64,000 nt of DNA, from the IMG/VR virus record IMGVR_UViG_3300037657_000059; one strand, written 5' to 3'. Both the position numbers and the translations under genes were made by a program. The notes below the pieces were generated by a model. The model worked only from the letters and a program-made list of their open reading frames with translations, had not been told where the DNA came from and searched no databases. The stretch is from an uncultured virus (IMG/VR IMGVR_UViG_3300037657_000059). Its lineage: Duplodnaviria; Heunggongvirae; Uroviricota; Caudoviricetes. Shown in pieces: positions 26,850 to 35,959 of this stretch (its first letter is position 1; each line of letters starts with the position of its first letter).

Positions 26850-27039
26850 TCTGATCCCCCAGCCACAACTTATTAGCTTGAATCTCAAAGCTCTTGCATA
26901 CTTCATTCTCTAAATACTTAATAAACCCTTCAATGTCATTGGGGAGACCATCAGGAAATTTAATCAGAATATTTATCTTTTCAGGGTCATCAGACTCTAC
27001 CTGCTTGATCTCAAATTTAATATTTCCAAAGTCAACCAT
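26842..27039 (-). CDS. Hypothetical protein
   Basis: AGGAG SD; coupled to the next gene. Confidence 0.5.
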   Translation of the reverse strand: MVDFGNIKFEIKQVESDDPEKINILIKFPDGLPNDIEGFIKYLENEVCKSFEIQANKLWLGDQNG

Positions 27040-27086
27040 TTTTTCTCCTATGAGCTATATCATGCCCTTTGGGTACGAGCTATCAG

Positions 27087-27347
27087 CTATGAGCTAATTT
27101 TTTCATTCAGACAAACAAACAATCCCAGCTTCGCCAAAACTTCCAATCCATCTTCATATTCGATTTTTGCTTTAGGATTGGCATAGCGCATCCGTTTAAT
27201 AATCAGAGTACAGGCTTTATCAATCAATAAATAATCTCCATCTTCCGCTTTATCCAGGGTAGACACATAAGCTGCAGCCTGCTCCTTTAACGAAGAAATT
27301 TCAAATAACTCAAGATCCTTGAGAATCTTCTGCTTTTTCTCGTTCAT
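27087..27347 (-). CDS. Hypothetical protein
   Basis: ORF in the early operon; start refined. Confidence 0.5.
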   Translation of the reverse strand: MNEKKQKILKDLELFEISSLKEQAAAYVSTLDKAEDGDYLLIDKACTLIIKRMRYANPKAKIEYEDGLEVLAKLGLFVCLNEKISS

Positions 27348-27483
27348 AGCGCTCCAATGCCATCTTCTCAATCCTACGATCCGCAGACGCGGCCACCTGG
27401 CACATCGCAATAATTAAAATTCCTACAAACGCACCAACCATACAACCAAGCACAAAAATCAAAAGACCATTCCAGAAATTCAT
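27310..27483 (-). CDS. Small membrane protein (DUF3789-like; not in ORF track)
   Basis: FVLGCMVGAFVGILIIAMCQVAASAD; GGAGG SD. Confidence 0.55.
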   Translation of the reverse strand: MNFWNGLLIFVLGCMVGAFVGILIIAMCQVAASADRRIEKMALERYEREKAEDSQGS

Positions 27484-27664
27484 TTTTCCTCCCTCTCACT
27501 TGATTTCTTATTTAATTTTTCGATTCTTTTTAGATGTTTTTTAATTGTATGATGCATTACAAGATAATTTATAAATCCCAAAATTATAAAAAAGAGACCA
27601 AAGGCATACATCATAAATACAATTAATTCCTTATCAATCATCATTTTTTCATTTCGCCTATAAC

Positions 27665-28060
27665 CTAATCCCTATTTTCTAACCCCAACTTTTCCCAGCT
27701 GATCCCTTCATAATCTGCGATCAATCGAGCAGCATCACGCCAGGAATAACAGATCCCTGTTCTCCAACCATTCAGCTGCAGCATTCCCAACCACCATTCC
27801 TGTTCTGGTGTGGTCTTATTTTTTCCAAACTTCATTTCGATGGCCAAACCAGCATAACCAACTTCACCAATCCTCCTGGGTACCGGATACAAAACATCTG
27901 GCACACCGGCTTTCACACCTTCCGCTTTCAGATCCCTGGCCGTTTTCAATTTACGAAAGCCGCCATTCGGGACCGCAAACAACATTTTCAACTGTGGAAA
28001 GCGCTCTTCATAGATCTTCGCCCAAATGAATAATGCTTTTTGCTGTTCATGCTCTGAGAT
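27665..28060 (-). CDS. VRR-NUC domain nuclease; start possibly ATC at 28060
   Basis: LFAVPNGG, GVKAGVPD, IEMK, TPEQ motifs. Confidence 0.85.
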   Translation of the reverse strand: MSEHEQQKALFIWAKIYEERFPQLKMLFAVPNGGFRKLKTARDLKAEGVKAGVPDVLYPVPRRIGEVGYAGLAIEMKFGKNKTTPEQEWWLGMLQLNGWRTGICYSWRDAARLIADYEGISWEKLGLENRD

Positions 28061-28664
28061 GGCACACCTCCTTCCACTCCTCTGGTAAGTAATTTCCTTT
28101 ACTCCAATTACATCTTGGACAAGATAAAACTAAGTTTTCTATATCATTAGTTCCACCTCTGGTTATTGGAATAACATGATCAATATGTCTAGCTAAATTC
28201 AGCTTTTGATTACACCAATAACATCTTCCAAATTGTTTTTGCAATAAAAATTCGACCAATTTTTTCTTAGCTTTAGAGTTTAGATTCAATCCAATCTTGT
28301 ACTTAAAACGGCTCCAATTTTTATAATATCCAGGATTTCTATCTCTATATTTTTTTATCTGAGCTAACCGTTTTTCCCGATTTTCACGGTAATATATTCT
28401 TGAATGAGCTAATATCTTTTCTCGGTTTCTCCAATATGATGCACGATTATTTTCTCTTACCAGTTCCCTATTGAGATTTCTATAATTTTCTTGTCTTTTT
28501 CGAATTTTGCTTTTTTCATCTTTATAATATTGATCTGTCCGCTTTTTTCTACAATCAGAGCACCAAGGATGTTTTCCATTTGGTCTAGAAGAGTCCTTAC
28601 AAAAAGATGATAGAGTTTTGAATTCCTTACATTTGGAACACTGTTTTTTTTCTTCCATCTTCAT
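28047..28664 (-). CDS. HNH homing-type endonuclease, AT-rich
   Basis: C-x-x-C pairs; HIDHVIPITRGGTNDIENLVLSCPRCNWSK. Confidence 0.88.
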   Translation of the reverse strand: MKMEEKKQCSKCKEFKTLSSFCKDSSRPNGKHPWCSDCRKKRTDQYYKDEKSKIRKRQENYRNLNRELVRENNRASYWRNREKILAHSRIYYRENREKRLAQIKKYRDRNPGYYKNWSRFKYKIGLNLNSKAKKKLVEFLLQKQFGRCYWCNQKLNLARHIDHVIPITRGGTNDIENLVLSCPRCNWSKGNYLPEEWKEVCHLRA

Positions 28665-28682
28665 ACTTCCGCCTTTCAACTT

Positions 28683-29108
28683 TCAACTCTCAACTGTGAA
28701 CATAAACTTCTCATAATTTTCCCGTTCCTTCTCCAATATTCGATCCTTCACAGCCTGAGCTTCTGGATCCGACTTACCTTCAAAATAATCAGAATTATTC
28801 TTGATCTCATCCTCAAGAAACTGATCAGCAAACAATGGATATTTATTCTCAATCCGGCTTTGCAATCTCTTTCTCCGGATCGATTTCAAAGTTTTCTCAG
28901 GTAATTGTTTGGATGGTGCCATCACAGCCGACCAGTAAGCCGTATAACCAGGCGTTTTATCAGCCTCAAATTCTGGTGGAATATGGTTATAAAAAGGATC
29001 TCCATATTTCACCAATTTTTCAGCAATCACCCTTGCCATCCCTTCTGGTGGATTGGTATAAGGATTCGACCACTGCAGAGTCCAGATCGCCCCAACCGGC
29101 TTCGCCAT
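28683..29108 (-). CDS. Hypothetical phage protein
   Basis: GGAG SD; coupled ORF. Confidence 0.55.
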   Translation of the reverse strand: MAKPVGAIWTLQWSNPYTNPPEGMARVIAEKLVKYGDPFYNHIPPEFEADKTPGYTAYWSAVMAPSKQLPEKTLKSIRRKRLQSRIENKYPLFADQFLEDEIKNNSDYFEGKSDPEAQAVKDRILEKERENYEKFMFTVES

Positions 29109-29408
29109 TTACTCCTCAGTCTCCTGAATTAAGCTCAATTGGCCAGAATTTTGTTCTGTTTTAATCATCAATTTTGGTAAAACTGATAGTAATAACCACC
29201 CATCGGGTTCGCATTTTTGAGGAACATCATTTATTGAACGCGGTAGATATATATACCAACCTAGATAATATTCAGAAAAAGCATAATATCCAGTGAAAAC
29301 TACACCATCTACCAAAAGAAGAACGTCATTACTATAAAATTTTCCAATAATTTGTTTTGGTTTAATACTAATCGGTATCCATTGTACAAATGCCATTTTT
29401 ATCCTCAA
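29109..29408 (-). CDS. DUF551-like hypothetical protein
   Basis: WIPISIKP..VLL..W motif. Confidence 0.45.
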   Translation of the reverse strand: MRIKMAFVQWIPISIKPKQIIGKFYSNDVLLLVDGVVFTGYYAFSEYYLGWYIYLPRSINDVPQKCEPDGWLLLSVLPKLMIKTEQNSGQLSLIQETEE

Positions 29409-29426
29409 TCCTCAAACCTGAATCCT

Positions 29427-29882
29427 TTAGCCTACCGCCTTTAGCCCTTCCACTGTCAACTCCCGACTGTCAACTGTCGCCTGCTCTTTCCATCTCCTCT
29501 CCAACTCCCGCAAATACTCCGCCTTCGCCCAATACCCACACTCCCGCAGCTCCTGATACAAAGCATCCAGCGCGGAGTGATCGAGCTCCCGTGTGCGATA
29601 AAAACGATCCTTGATAACCTTCACCTTGCGTTGATGGTCCAGCATCAAACTTTGATTCAGGTTGCGATCCGGAATCAAATTCACAACCTTCAAAATCTCA
29701 GCCACCCTGGGGAAGTACAGACTCTCGCGCACAATCTTCTCCGCAGCAGCCTGCAGTTTGATCATGTTCACAGATCCAAGGGATCGCACATAAACCTTGA
29801 ACTGCTCATCAGCCAGTTTGGTGCCAAAGGCAGATTGAAGATAAATGATTACATTTGCAATTTCAGTATCGAATTGAGGCAT
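29427..29882 (-). CDS. Replicative helicase loader/inhibitor-like protein
   Basis: YFPRVAEI motif downstream of the initiator. Confidence 0.6.
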   Translation of the reverse strand: MPQFDTEIANVIIYLQSAFGTKLADEQFKVYVRSLGSVNMIKLQAAAEKIVRESLYFPRVAEILKVVNLIPDRNLNQSLMLDHQRKVKVIKDRFYRTRELDHSALDALYQELRECGYWAKAEYLRELERRWKEQATVDSRELTVEGLKAVG

Positions 29883-30702
29883 TATATTTCTCCGTTTCCT
29901 GTTCAATAAATCTTTCAGCAGCAGATTTGCCATTCTTCCCGGATATCTCCTGCGTAGGAGATCGCGCCTGCTGTTTGCGCTTCATCACCGCCGTTCTCAC
30001 AGGTCCAATCAAAGACCTGGCAGAGTGAATCGTCTTCCCGTTCGACCGGTACCAATCGGCCGCCTCCCGAATATCGCACACCTCCGCGCCAATACTCAAA
30101 AACTCCTGGATAGCTTTCACCGCATCCGCTCCCTGTGGCAATCCAATCACACCCTCAATTTCAGCCTGCAGGAGATCAAAAGGATCTGGATCATTCGTGC
30201 CCAACATTTCTTGAAGAGGTTTTAATGTTCCGGATAAAAATTCAATTGGCTCTTGCGCGCGCGCGGAATCTCTCTCTGTCTCTGACTCTGACTCTGTTTC
30301 TGATTCTGTCTCTTTATCTGTATCTTTATCTGGTGCGTTACATTGCGTTACATTGCGTTTCATTTGTCTAAAGTGTGCTACACGTTCCGAACTATCATCT
30401 TCCCGCTTTGGTTGGCGTTTCTCCCAGTTGTAAAATTTTCCATCAACAATCATTTCTTTATCTTCCATAGCAGAAATAACGGATTCAATTTCTTTTTCCT
30501 CAAACCCGGAATAAACAGAATAAGTTTCAACATCAAAACCTTTGATGGATCCACGATCTTTATTCTGGCTGGCATAATCCATCAATGCCCACGCAATAGC
30601 CGAAACAATCCCAACCTTTACGCCTGACCTCTTTGCAATAACAGCCCATTTATGGTCAGTGGGTGCACCGTTCCATGATCTCCACCAGGATAAACTACTC
30701 AT
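29863..30702 (-). CDS. Phage replication initiator
   Basis: W-x-RSW-x-GAPTD-x-KW, NWEKRQ, low-complexity linker containing iterons. Confidence 0.7.
   Translation of the reverse strand: MSSLSWWRSWNGAPTDHKWAVIAKRSGVKVGIVSAIAWALMDYASQNKDRGSIKGFDVETYSVYSGFEEKEIESVISAMEDKEMIVDGKFYNWEKRQPKREDDSSERVAHFRQMKRNVTQCNAPDKDTDKETESETESESETERDSARAQEPIEFLSGTLKPLQEMLGTNDPDPFDLLQAEIEGVIGLPQGADAVKAIQEFLSIGAEVCDIREAADWYRSNGKTIHSARSLIGPVRTAVMKRKQQARSPTQEISGKNGKSAAERFIEQETEKYNASIRY
30334..30363. repeat. Three tandem 10-bp iterons (probable replication origin) inside the initiator gene
   Basis: TGCGTTACAT x2 plus TGCGTTTCAT, beside 6-bp repeats. Confidence 0.55.
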
Positions 30703-31174
30703 TACTTTCCTCCAGACAAAGTACATTAATCTGCGGCAATGCTCCAATAATTCCATCAACATCCAATTCACTGGCAGTGGATGGAATACCACCATACCCG
30801 GCACCAGGCAATTCAAGAAATCCAAACAAAGCTGCGGGATCAGCCTCAGCAGCGGTTAATATAGCCTTTACAAAATACAGCGCAATTCTCCCCATCTGAA
30901 ACCGGCTCTGTTCGTCTGCAGTACGTTTCTTACCACCAAAGGAATAAATCTTTTGTGGATGTTTACAGCTCAAAGGTTTGAATGCAAATCGATAAGACCG
31001 GTCATTCCATTGAAAACGAACTAACCAGGCATATTTGCCAGCAGATTGGCCACTCATAACCATAATTGCCTGAGCACCAAAAGCATCCAATAATTTAGTA
31101 ATCTCACCCTGGCTAATGGCTGGATGAACTGTAGTGTCCCAATAATTAGCATCTTCCGCGAATCTAATTTTCAC
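30695..31174 (-). CDS. Hypothetical phage protein
   Basis: GTG start after a GGAGG SD; coupled ORF. Confidence 0.55.
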   Translation of the reverse strand: MKIRFAEDANYWDTTVHPAISQGEITKLLDAFGAQAIMVMSGQSAGKYAWLVRFQWNDRSYRFAFKPLSCKHPQKIYSFGGKKRTADEQSRFQMGRIALYFVKAILTAAEADPAALFGFLELPGAGYGGIPSTASELDVDGIIGALPQINVLCLEESNE

Positions 31175-32031
31175 TATACAACCTCCGGAAACTGATTCCA
31201 TTCCACACCATCCAACAACCGGCCAGCGTTTTTCTTACCGACCCTTTCCGGATACCAACCAGCTATTTCTTTTGGCATATCAAAATAATTGTGAATCCAC
31301 TCTCCCCACTGCTTAAAGAAAAAAGACACCCCAGCATCAACACACTGATTCCGGATCGATCTCGCCCAATCCGGATGCATAGGACGTGCACCGGGACCAC
31401 TCTCCCCGCCAACAATCACCCAATCAATACCCTCATGATATTTAATAGGTTCAGGAGGTAACCCTGGATAAAATCCATAAGATCCGCGATGATCAAACAT
31501 CGATCCAAAAGTTTCTTCCCTGGTGGCAAATTTCCAAAAATCCACCGGACCCAATAACGGTTCACAACTCACAAATCTTACAGCAGCTGGCGTGTTCAAA
31601 AGAAGAGGAATTCTTTCATCAGCAGATTTCTGATCTTCCACACTCACCCCCAACCAAACGTTTGGTAAGTATCTTTCAGCATTCATTAAGTTAAACCAAT
31701 ACAGCATTTCTTTTGGCCTTTTTGTAAGGATCAAATAAGTGTGCTGAGGAGTCTTTTCCATCACCCGGAATACATCACCAATAAAATCATGATCAACATC
31801 CGGATGAAACAAATCACTCATCGAATTTACAAAAACGCGTGAAGGCTTTTTCCAACTTAAAGGCTGAGATAATCTCTCCGGGTGCATCCTCACTTCCGTA
31901 AACTTACGGTCCTTCCAAAACCGGCCGGCCAATCGTTCCGCATAACAATTCCGGCATCCTTCACTCACCTTCGTGCAACCGGTAATCGGATTCCAAACCC
32001 GATCCGCCCATTCAATTTTTGTTTTTGTCAT
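31174..32031 (-). CDS. DUF5131 (gp37/gp68) radical-SAM-like protein
   Basis: TKIEW..GCTKVSEGCRNCYA, FVNSMSDLFH, WVIVGGESG, FFFKQWG. Confidence 0.92.
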   Translation of the reverse strand: MTKTKIEWADRVWNPITGCTKVSEGCRNCYAERLAGRFWKDRKFTEVRMHPERLSQPLSWKKPSRVFVNSMSDLFHPDVDHDFIGDVFRVMEKTPQHTYLILTKRPKEMLYWFNLMNAERYLPNVWLGVSVEDQKSADERIPLLLNTPAAVRFVSCEPLLGPVDFWKFATREETFGSMFDHRGSYGFYPGLPPEPIKYHEGIDWVIVGGESGPGARPMHPDWARSIRNQCVDAGVSFFFKQWGEWIHNYFDMPKEIAGWYPERVGKKNAGRLLDGVEWNQFPEVV

Positions 32032-32258
32032 TCGTTCTTCCTTTCGCTTTTAGACTTTAGACTTTCAACTGTAACAATCGGACACCAATCCGGCTTATCC
32101 CTGGGAAAATCAATTCTCTTTCCTGTAAGAGCGCAAAACCATTCTCGAAAACAACTTTGATCAACCAACCGGCAAGCCTGGCAACACGAAGGAATCTCCT
32201 CTTCACTGGAGACAATAATCTTGATAATTCCTTCTAATCTTGGCAAAACATCAGGCAT
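32028..32258 (-). CDS. Small Cys-rich hypothetical protein
   Basis: C-x-x-C..C..PDWCP motif. Confidence 0.55.
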   Translation of the reverse strand: MPDVLPRLEGIIKIIVSSEEEIPSCCQACRLVDQSCFREWFCALTGKRIDFPRDKPDWCPIVTVESLKSKSERKNE

Positions 32259-33063
32259 CTTTTCCTCTATGAGCTTTCAACTTATCCAACCTGTAACTCA
32301 CCATTTTTTTATTCCAGGAATGCCCCATGCGTACGGCAATCTCTTCATACGTCATACCAAGTTCATACCTGGCATACTCCATCCAATCATCGGCTCTGGT
32401 TCGCTCTTTTGATTTCGCCCTTTGCTGAGCAGCGCTGCTCGGAAAAAACTTGATCGTTTTAACCACGCTCTCGCGTACATACCAATTTCCATTCTGAATC
32501 GCTCCAGGAACTTTCCCTCTCCGAATCCTGGTATTCAATGTATTGGATACTTTATATCCAATCATCTCAGCCGCCTCCCCAATCGTAAGCCAGCGATCTC
32601 CCCAATTCTCCTGGGCACGCATCACCAACCGTTTAAGGTGAAAATCCTTCATATTTTCTACCTTGAAAAATACCCAGTGATTCGGTCTGGTGGCCCAGAT
32701 ATATAATGTAATTTTCCGGATATTCAGAATCCCCATTTCTCCAGGAATAATGAAAAAAGGCATCAACCCGGATTGAGACCACCTCATCACAGCATGGATA
32801 TCAACGCCCAGATACCTGGAAACATCATTTCCGGTCAACCATCCATTACGCTTGCTGGGTGGAGCGATTCCCTTGCGTGTGTGATGAATTTTTATTGCAC
32901 TTGGACTTCTTCCCAAAATTTCAGCCACACCTTCATAACCAAGAACACCCAGGTTTTCACTCAAAAATTTATCTTCTTCAAGTGACCATCGTTTTCGGAA
33001 ACAACCGGCTCTTTTTGGCGTTTCCTCCGCGATCATCATATTGATCATAAAATCAAGATTCAT
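32251..33063 (-). CDS. Multi-HTH (Myb-like plus excisionase-like) DNA-binding protein
   Basis: WSLEEDKFL; WLT-x-x-(D/E)-x-x repeats; TYEEIA. Confidence 0.6.
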   Translation of the reverse strand: MNLDFMINMMIAEETPKRAGCFRKRWSLEEDKFLSENLGVLGYEGVAEILGRSPSAIKIHHTRKGIAPPSKRNGWLTGNDVSRYLGVDIHAVMRWSQSGLMPFFIIPGEMGILNIRKITLYIWATRPNHWVFFKVENMKDFHLKRLVMRAQENWGDRWLTIGEAAEMIGYKVSNTLNTRIRRGKVPGAIQNGNWYVRESVVKTIKFFPSSAAQQRAKSKERTRADDWMEYARYELGMTYEEIAVRMGHSWNKKMVSYRLDKLKAHRGKDA

Positions 33064-33923
33064 TCAGTACCCCTCAATAAGCGGGAAACAAAAAACACAG
33101 CCGGACACTCTTTGCAAACTGTCTCGCTGGCCATATCTCGCAATGCACAATCATTACAAGTATTTTCAGCTGCAGCTTCCACCATCTCCCAGGGAGGGAC
33201 CTTGCCAACCAGTTGCAAAACATTCCAGCGTTTTGGATCGAAAGCGATTTCTTCCGTAGCTAATTTGATTGATGAAACCTTGGATCCAGCTCGAACCCTG
33301 TTATCAGATTGATTAGGAATTGAGCCTTTCACCTTATCAATAATTTTCAACATCTGTTTGATGCTCAAATTCGTTTTAGTAAACCGTTCAACCAGTTTCA
33401 ATCTGGTGTTAATCGGCAATGAAATCAAAGCCCAGCATAATCGCCGATCATGGGGCAATAACCTTTTTTCAATAAGCTCCTGGGTTTTTTCATCCAGATC
33501 CATCAAATCAATTCTGGAATTGATCGTCACAATATTCTTTCCGGTCATAATCGCAATCTGGTTTACCGAAAATCCATGCTCCATCGCCATTTTTTTATAA
33601 GCTCTGGCTTCTTCCATTGGGTTCAAATCCTCGCGTTGTACATTTGCCACAACAGCCTGAGTCAACCTATCCTTATCGCCCTCCGGAAGAGGATCCCGGA
33701 TAACAACCTCAATCGAATTCAAACCGGGAATCATCTGGCAGGCACGGAAGCGCCGTTCACCATCGATAATGAAATATTTCCCCGGCTTGATCTCCTCCAC
33801 CACCACCGGCTGGATCAATCCAACAGACTTGATCGATTCTGCCAGCTCAGTAAGAGCAGCCTTATCAAAATCTCGCCGTGGCTGTTGTGGATTTGGTTTA
33901 ATGTCTCGCAATGAAACTTTCAT
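33060..33923 (-). CDS. ParB/RepB/Spo0J-family protein
   Basis: PNPQQPR, GLIQP, DGERRFRA, REDLNPMEEA; Cys-rich C-terminus. Confidence 0.9.
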   Translation of the reverse strand: MKVSLRDIKPNPQQPRRDFDKAALTELAESIKSVGLIQPVVVEEIKPGKYFIIDGERRFRACQMIPGLNSIEVVIRDPLPEGDKDRLTQAVVANVQREDLNPMEEARAYKKMAMEHGFSVNQIAIMTGKNIVTINSRIDLMDLDEKTQELIEKRLLPHDRRLCWALISLPINTRLKLVERFTKTNLSIKQMLKIIDKVKGSIPNQSDNRVRAGSKVSSIKLATEEIAFDPKRWNVLQLVGKVPPWEMVEAAAENTCNDCALRDMASETVCKECPAVFFVSRLLRGTE

Positions 33924-33942
33924 AATTTATCCTTCTGTAATA

Positions 33943-34110
33943 AAGCGCCTGACTGCATCCGATGTGTGACTTCCAAGGGGTTAACTCGATCGAACAATTA
34001 AACCTTTCTGTGCCGATAATCCAGCAGCCAGGCGCTTGGCACCTAAGCAGCCTCCCCTCTTTGGCCAGCGTCAGCTTCACAGCGACACTGGCCTGTAAGG
34101 AGGTCAGATG
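33943..34110 (-). ncRNA. Candidate structured RNA upstream of parB
   Basis: 14-bp stem 33943-33956/34024-34037 and a long nested stem 34040-34110 capped by a GUGA tetraloop. Confidence 0.45.
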
Positions 34111-34118
34111 ATGGCTAT

Positions 34119-34292
34119 TTATGATCTTTCTCCGCCACAAGCTAAACAATTTCCTTTACTGTCATCAATAGTGATTCCATGACAATATTTGCAAAATGAT
34201 TTTTGATGCTTATTAGAATCTCTTTTAATAAGATGGTTTCCCATTCTTAATTCCGTTAAATCGCTTTTCAATGCTTTTGAAATATTTGCCAT
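34119..34292 (-). CDS. 57-aa zinc-ribbon protein (not in ORF track)
   Basis: Translated by eye, ending FCKYCHGITIDDSKGNCLACGGERS. Confidence 0.6.
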   Translation of the reverse strand: MANISKALKSDLTELRMGNHLIKRDSNKHQKSFCKYCHGITIDDSKGNCLACGGERS

Positions 34293-34321
34293 CTTTCCCT
34301 TTCAACTTTCGACTTTCACCT

Positions 34322-34717
34322 TTAACCTATTAGGCTCAACTGTGTCGGCTTCTTCACGCCAAACGTTCTATACGCAGTCTCGCGCATCTTCTTCGATTTC
34401 TCAATCACCGTATAAGCCCGTTGTGTGTAATCTTTTTCAAATGCCTCAAACTCATCCATATTCGTGACCAAAAAATAACCTTCTCCGGAGTGAGACATTC
34501 CAATCATCCAGTTTTTATCCCGCAGCTGGCTGATCGCCAAACGGATCGCCCGGTCAATGTCCTTGATTCGGTGATACTTGCTCGCAAACATCCCCACCAG
34601 CTGAGTGCGCGGAATTGCCATCTCACCACCACGATGTTGCAATAAAACCAATCCCACATCCTTGATCAGACTGTCAGGAAGGTTCATTAAGAAACTTCGA
34701 TAAAAATCATTATTCAT
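34322..34717 (-). CDS. Hypothetical winged-helix-like protein
   Basis: DRAIRLAISQLR..GYFL motif. Confidence 0.55.
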   Translation of the reverse strand: MNNDFYRSFLMNLPDSLIKDVGLVLLQHRGGEMAIPRTQLVGMFASKYHRIKDIDRAIRLAISQLRDKNWMIGMSHSGEGYFLVTNMDEFEAFEKDYTQRAYTVIEKSKKMRETAYRTFGVKKPTQLSLIG

Positions 34718-34937
34718 TTTTCAAAACCTCCAAAACCTTTGGATCAAACGACCAGACCAGCAGCGGATTCGTCCCCTTTTCGAAAACAGCAACCGGCTTC
34801 TCATCCAGGCTGACCACATGCTCTAATTTTTTCAAATCCCCTTTTTTTCGTAAAACACTGCCAATAACCTCCCCTTTACCCATCGGGGTTTTTACCCGCG
34901 TGCCATCCATAATCTCAAGGGTCTTTTCATCCATCAT
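34710..34937 (-). CDS. Hypothetical protein
   Basis: Coupled ORF. Confidence 0.5.
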   Translation of the reverse strand: MMDEKTLEIMDGTRVKTPMGKGEVIGSVLRKKGDLKKLEHVVSLDEKPVAVFEKGTNPLLVWSFDPKVLEVLKNE

Positions 34938-34948
34938 TCACCCTCACT

Positions 34949-34971
34949 TCTGATAACAGGTAGTTATCAGA
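34949..34971. other. Putative tyrosine-recombinase core site
   Basis: TCTGATAA-CAGGTAG-TTATCAGA overlapping the recombinase stop codon. Confidence 0.6.
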
Positions 34972-35929
34972 CAAAGCTTCTCAATAAATTCGAACACACT
35001 TCCTCAGCCCGTTTGTCCGAATTCCTCTCCATTTTATGGAGGTAAATTTGCGTAATCGCAAGGGAGGAATGATTCAGAAAATCGCGAATCTCCTCCACAT
35101 CAGCCCCCGCTTCCCGCCTTAAAAATGCAGCGGTATGCCGGAGGTCGTGCACCCTCACCCGGCCAGTTATCCCAGCCTCTTTAGCTCGATCCTTAACGAT
35201 CCTGGTAACATTCCGATCCGAGATAGGACCACCACCAGCGCGATTCCAAAATATATAATCGGTATACAACCGGCCACCGGTCGCAGCCACATACCGCGAA
35301 AGCAAATTCCAGAACTGATATGGGACATGAATCACATCGCTCTTGCCTTTACCCGTCCAGCGGAAGTAATAATCACCCTCGCGCAATTCGAAATCAACGA
35401 TCCTTGCAGATCTCCACTCCGTATTTCTGCGGCCAAGGATCAGGTAACCCGAGAGCAACACAAAATCACGCAGCCCAACCAGAGTTAAAAGATCACACGC
35501 ACCCAAAAGCTTCTTCGATTCTGCCGTGCTCAATGCCCGTGATCCGGCATAATGTTCCACCCTCGGCCGGATCGATTTCATCTCAGCCGGGTTATGGTCC
35601 ATCAATTGATACTCACTGATCGCGAAGGAATAAAAGGAGCTGATCGCACCCAGCCTGGCGCTGATCGTGGCCGGCTTCAATCCCTGCTGCTGTAATGCCT
35701 TTGCCCAGGTGCGCACATCCTCGCGCGTCATTGCTCCGGGGATTTTCCAAAAATGCTCCAGGAAAGCTTTCAGAGCATATTCATACGATCGGCGCGTGTT
35801 TTCAGATCTCCGGCTCTCCAACCAGGCTTTTTGGCAGTGCTCCCATTTGTTTCTCAGTGATTCATCCATTCGTATTGACCTTGTAGGGGCAATGGCTTGT
35901 CCTTGCCCGCGTGTGATATAATCAATCAA
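34967..35929 (-). CDS. Second tyrosine recombinase (XerC/D-like); likely start 35869
   Basis: SAM-like N-domain; GRR, GKGK, HDLRH, LNH, TQIY. Confidence 0.9.
   Translation of the reverse strand: MIDYITRGQGQAIAPTRSIRMDESLRNKWEHCQKAWLESRRSENTRRSYEYALKAFLEHFWKIPGAMTREDVRTWAKALQQQGLKPATISARLGAISSFYSFAISEYQLMDHNPAEMKSIRPRVEHYAGSRALSTAESKKLLGACDLLTLVGLRDFVLLSGYLILGRRNTEWRSARIVDFELREGDYYFRWTGKGKSDVIHVPYQFWNLLSRYVAATGGRLYTDYIFWNRAGGGPISDRNVTRIVKDRAKEAGITGRVRVHDLRHTAAFLRREAGADVEEIRDFLNHSSLAITQIYLHKMERNSDKRAEEVCSNLLRSFV
35883..35908 (+). repeat. GTAG-family REP-like palindrome
   Basis: GTAG-GGGCAA-N10-TTGCCC. Confidence 0.45.
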
Positions 35930-35959
35930 CCGTGTGAGCTGTTTGGTCCTTCCCCAGGA

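Noticed and set aside
33898..34149. 83-aa ORF from the track
   Set aside because: TTG start inside another ORF, overlap with parB and no motifs; the region is better explained as structured RNA.
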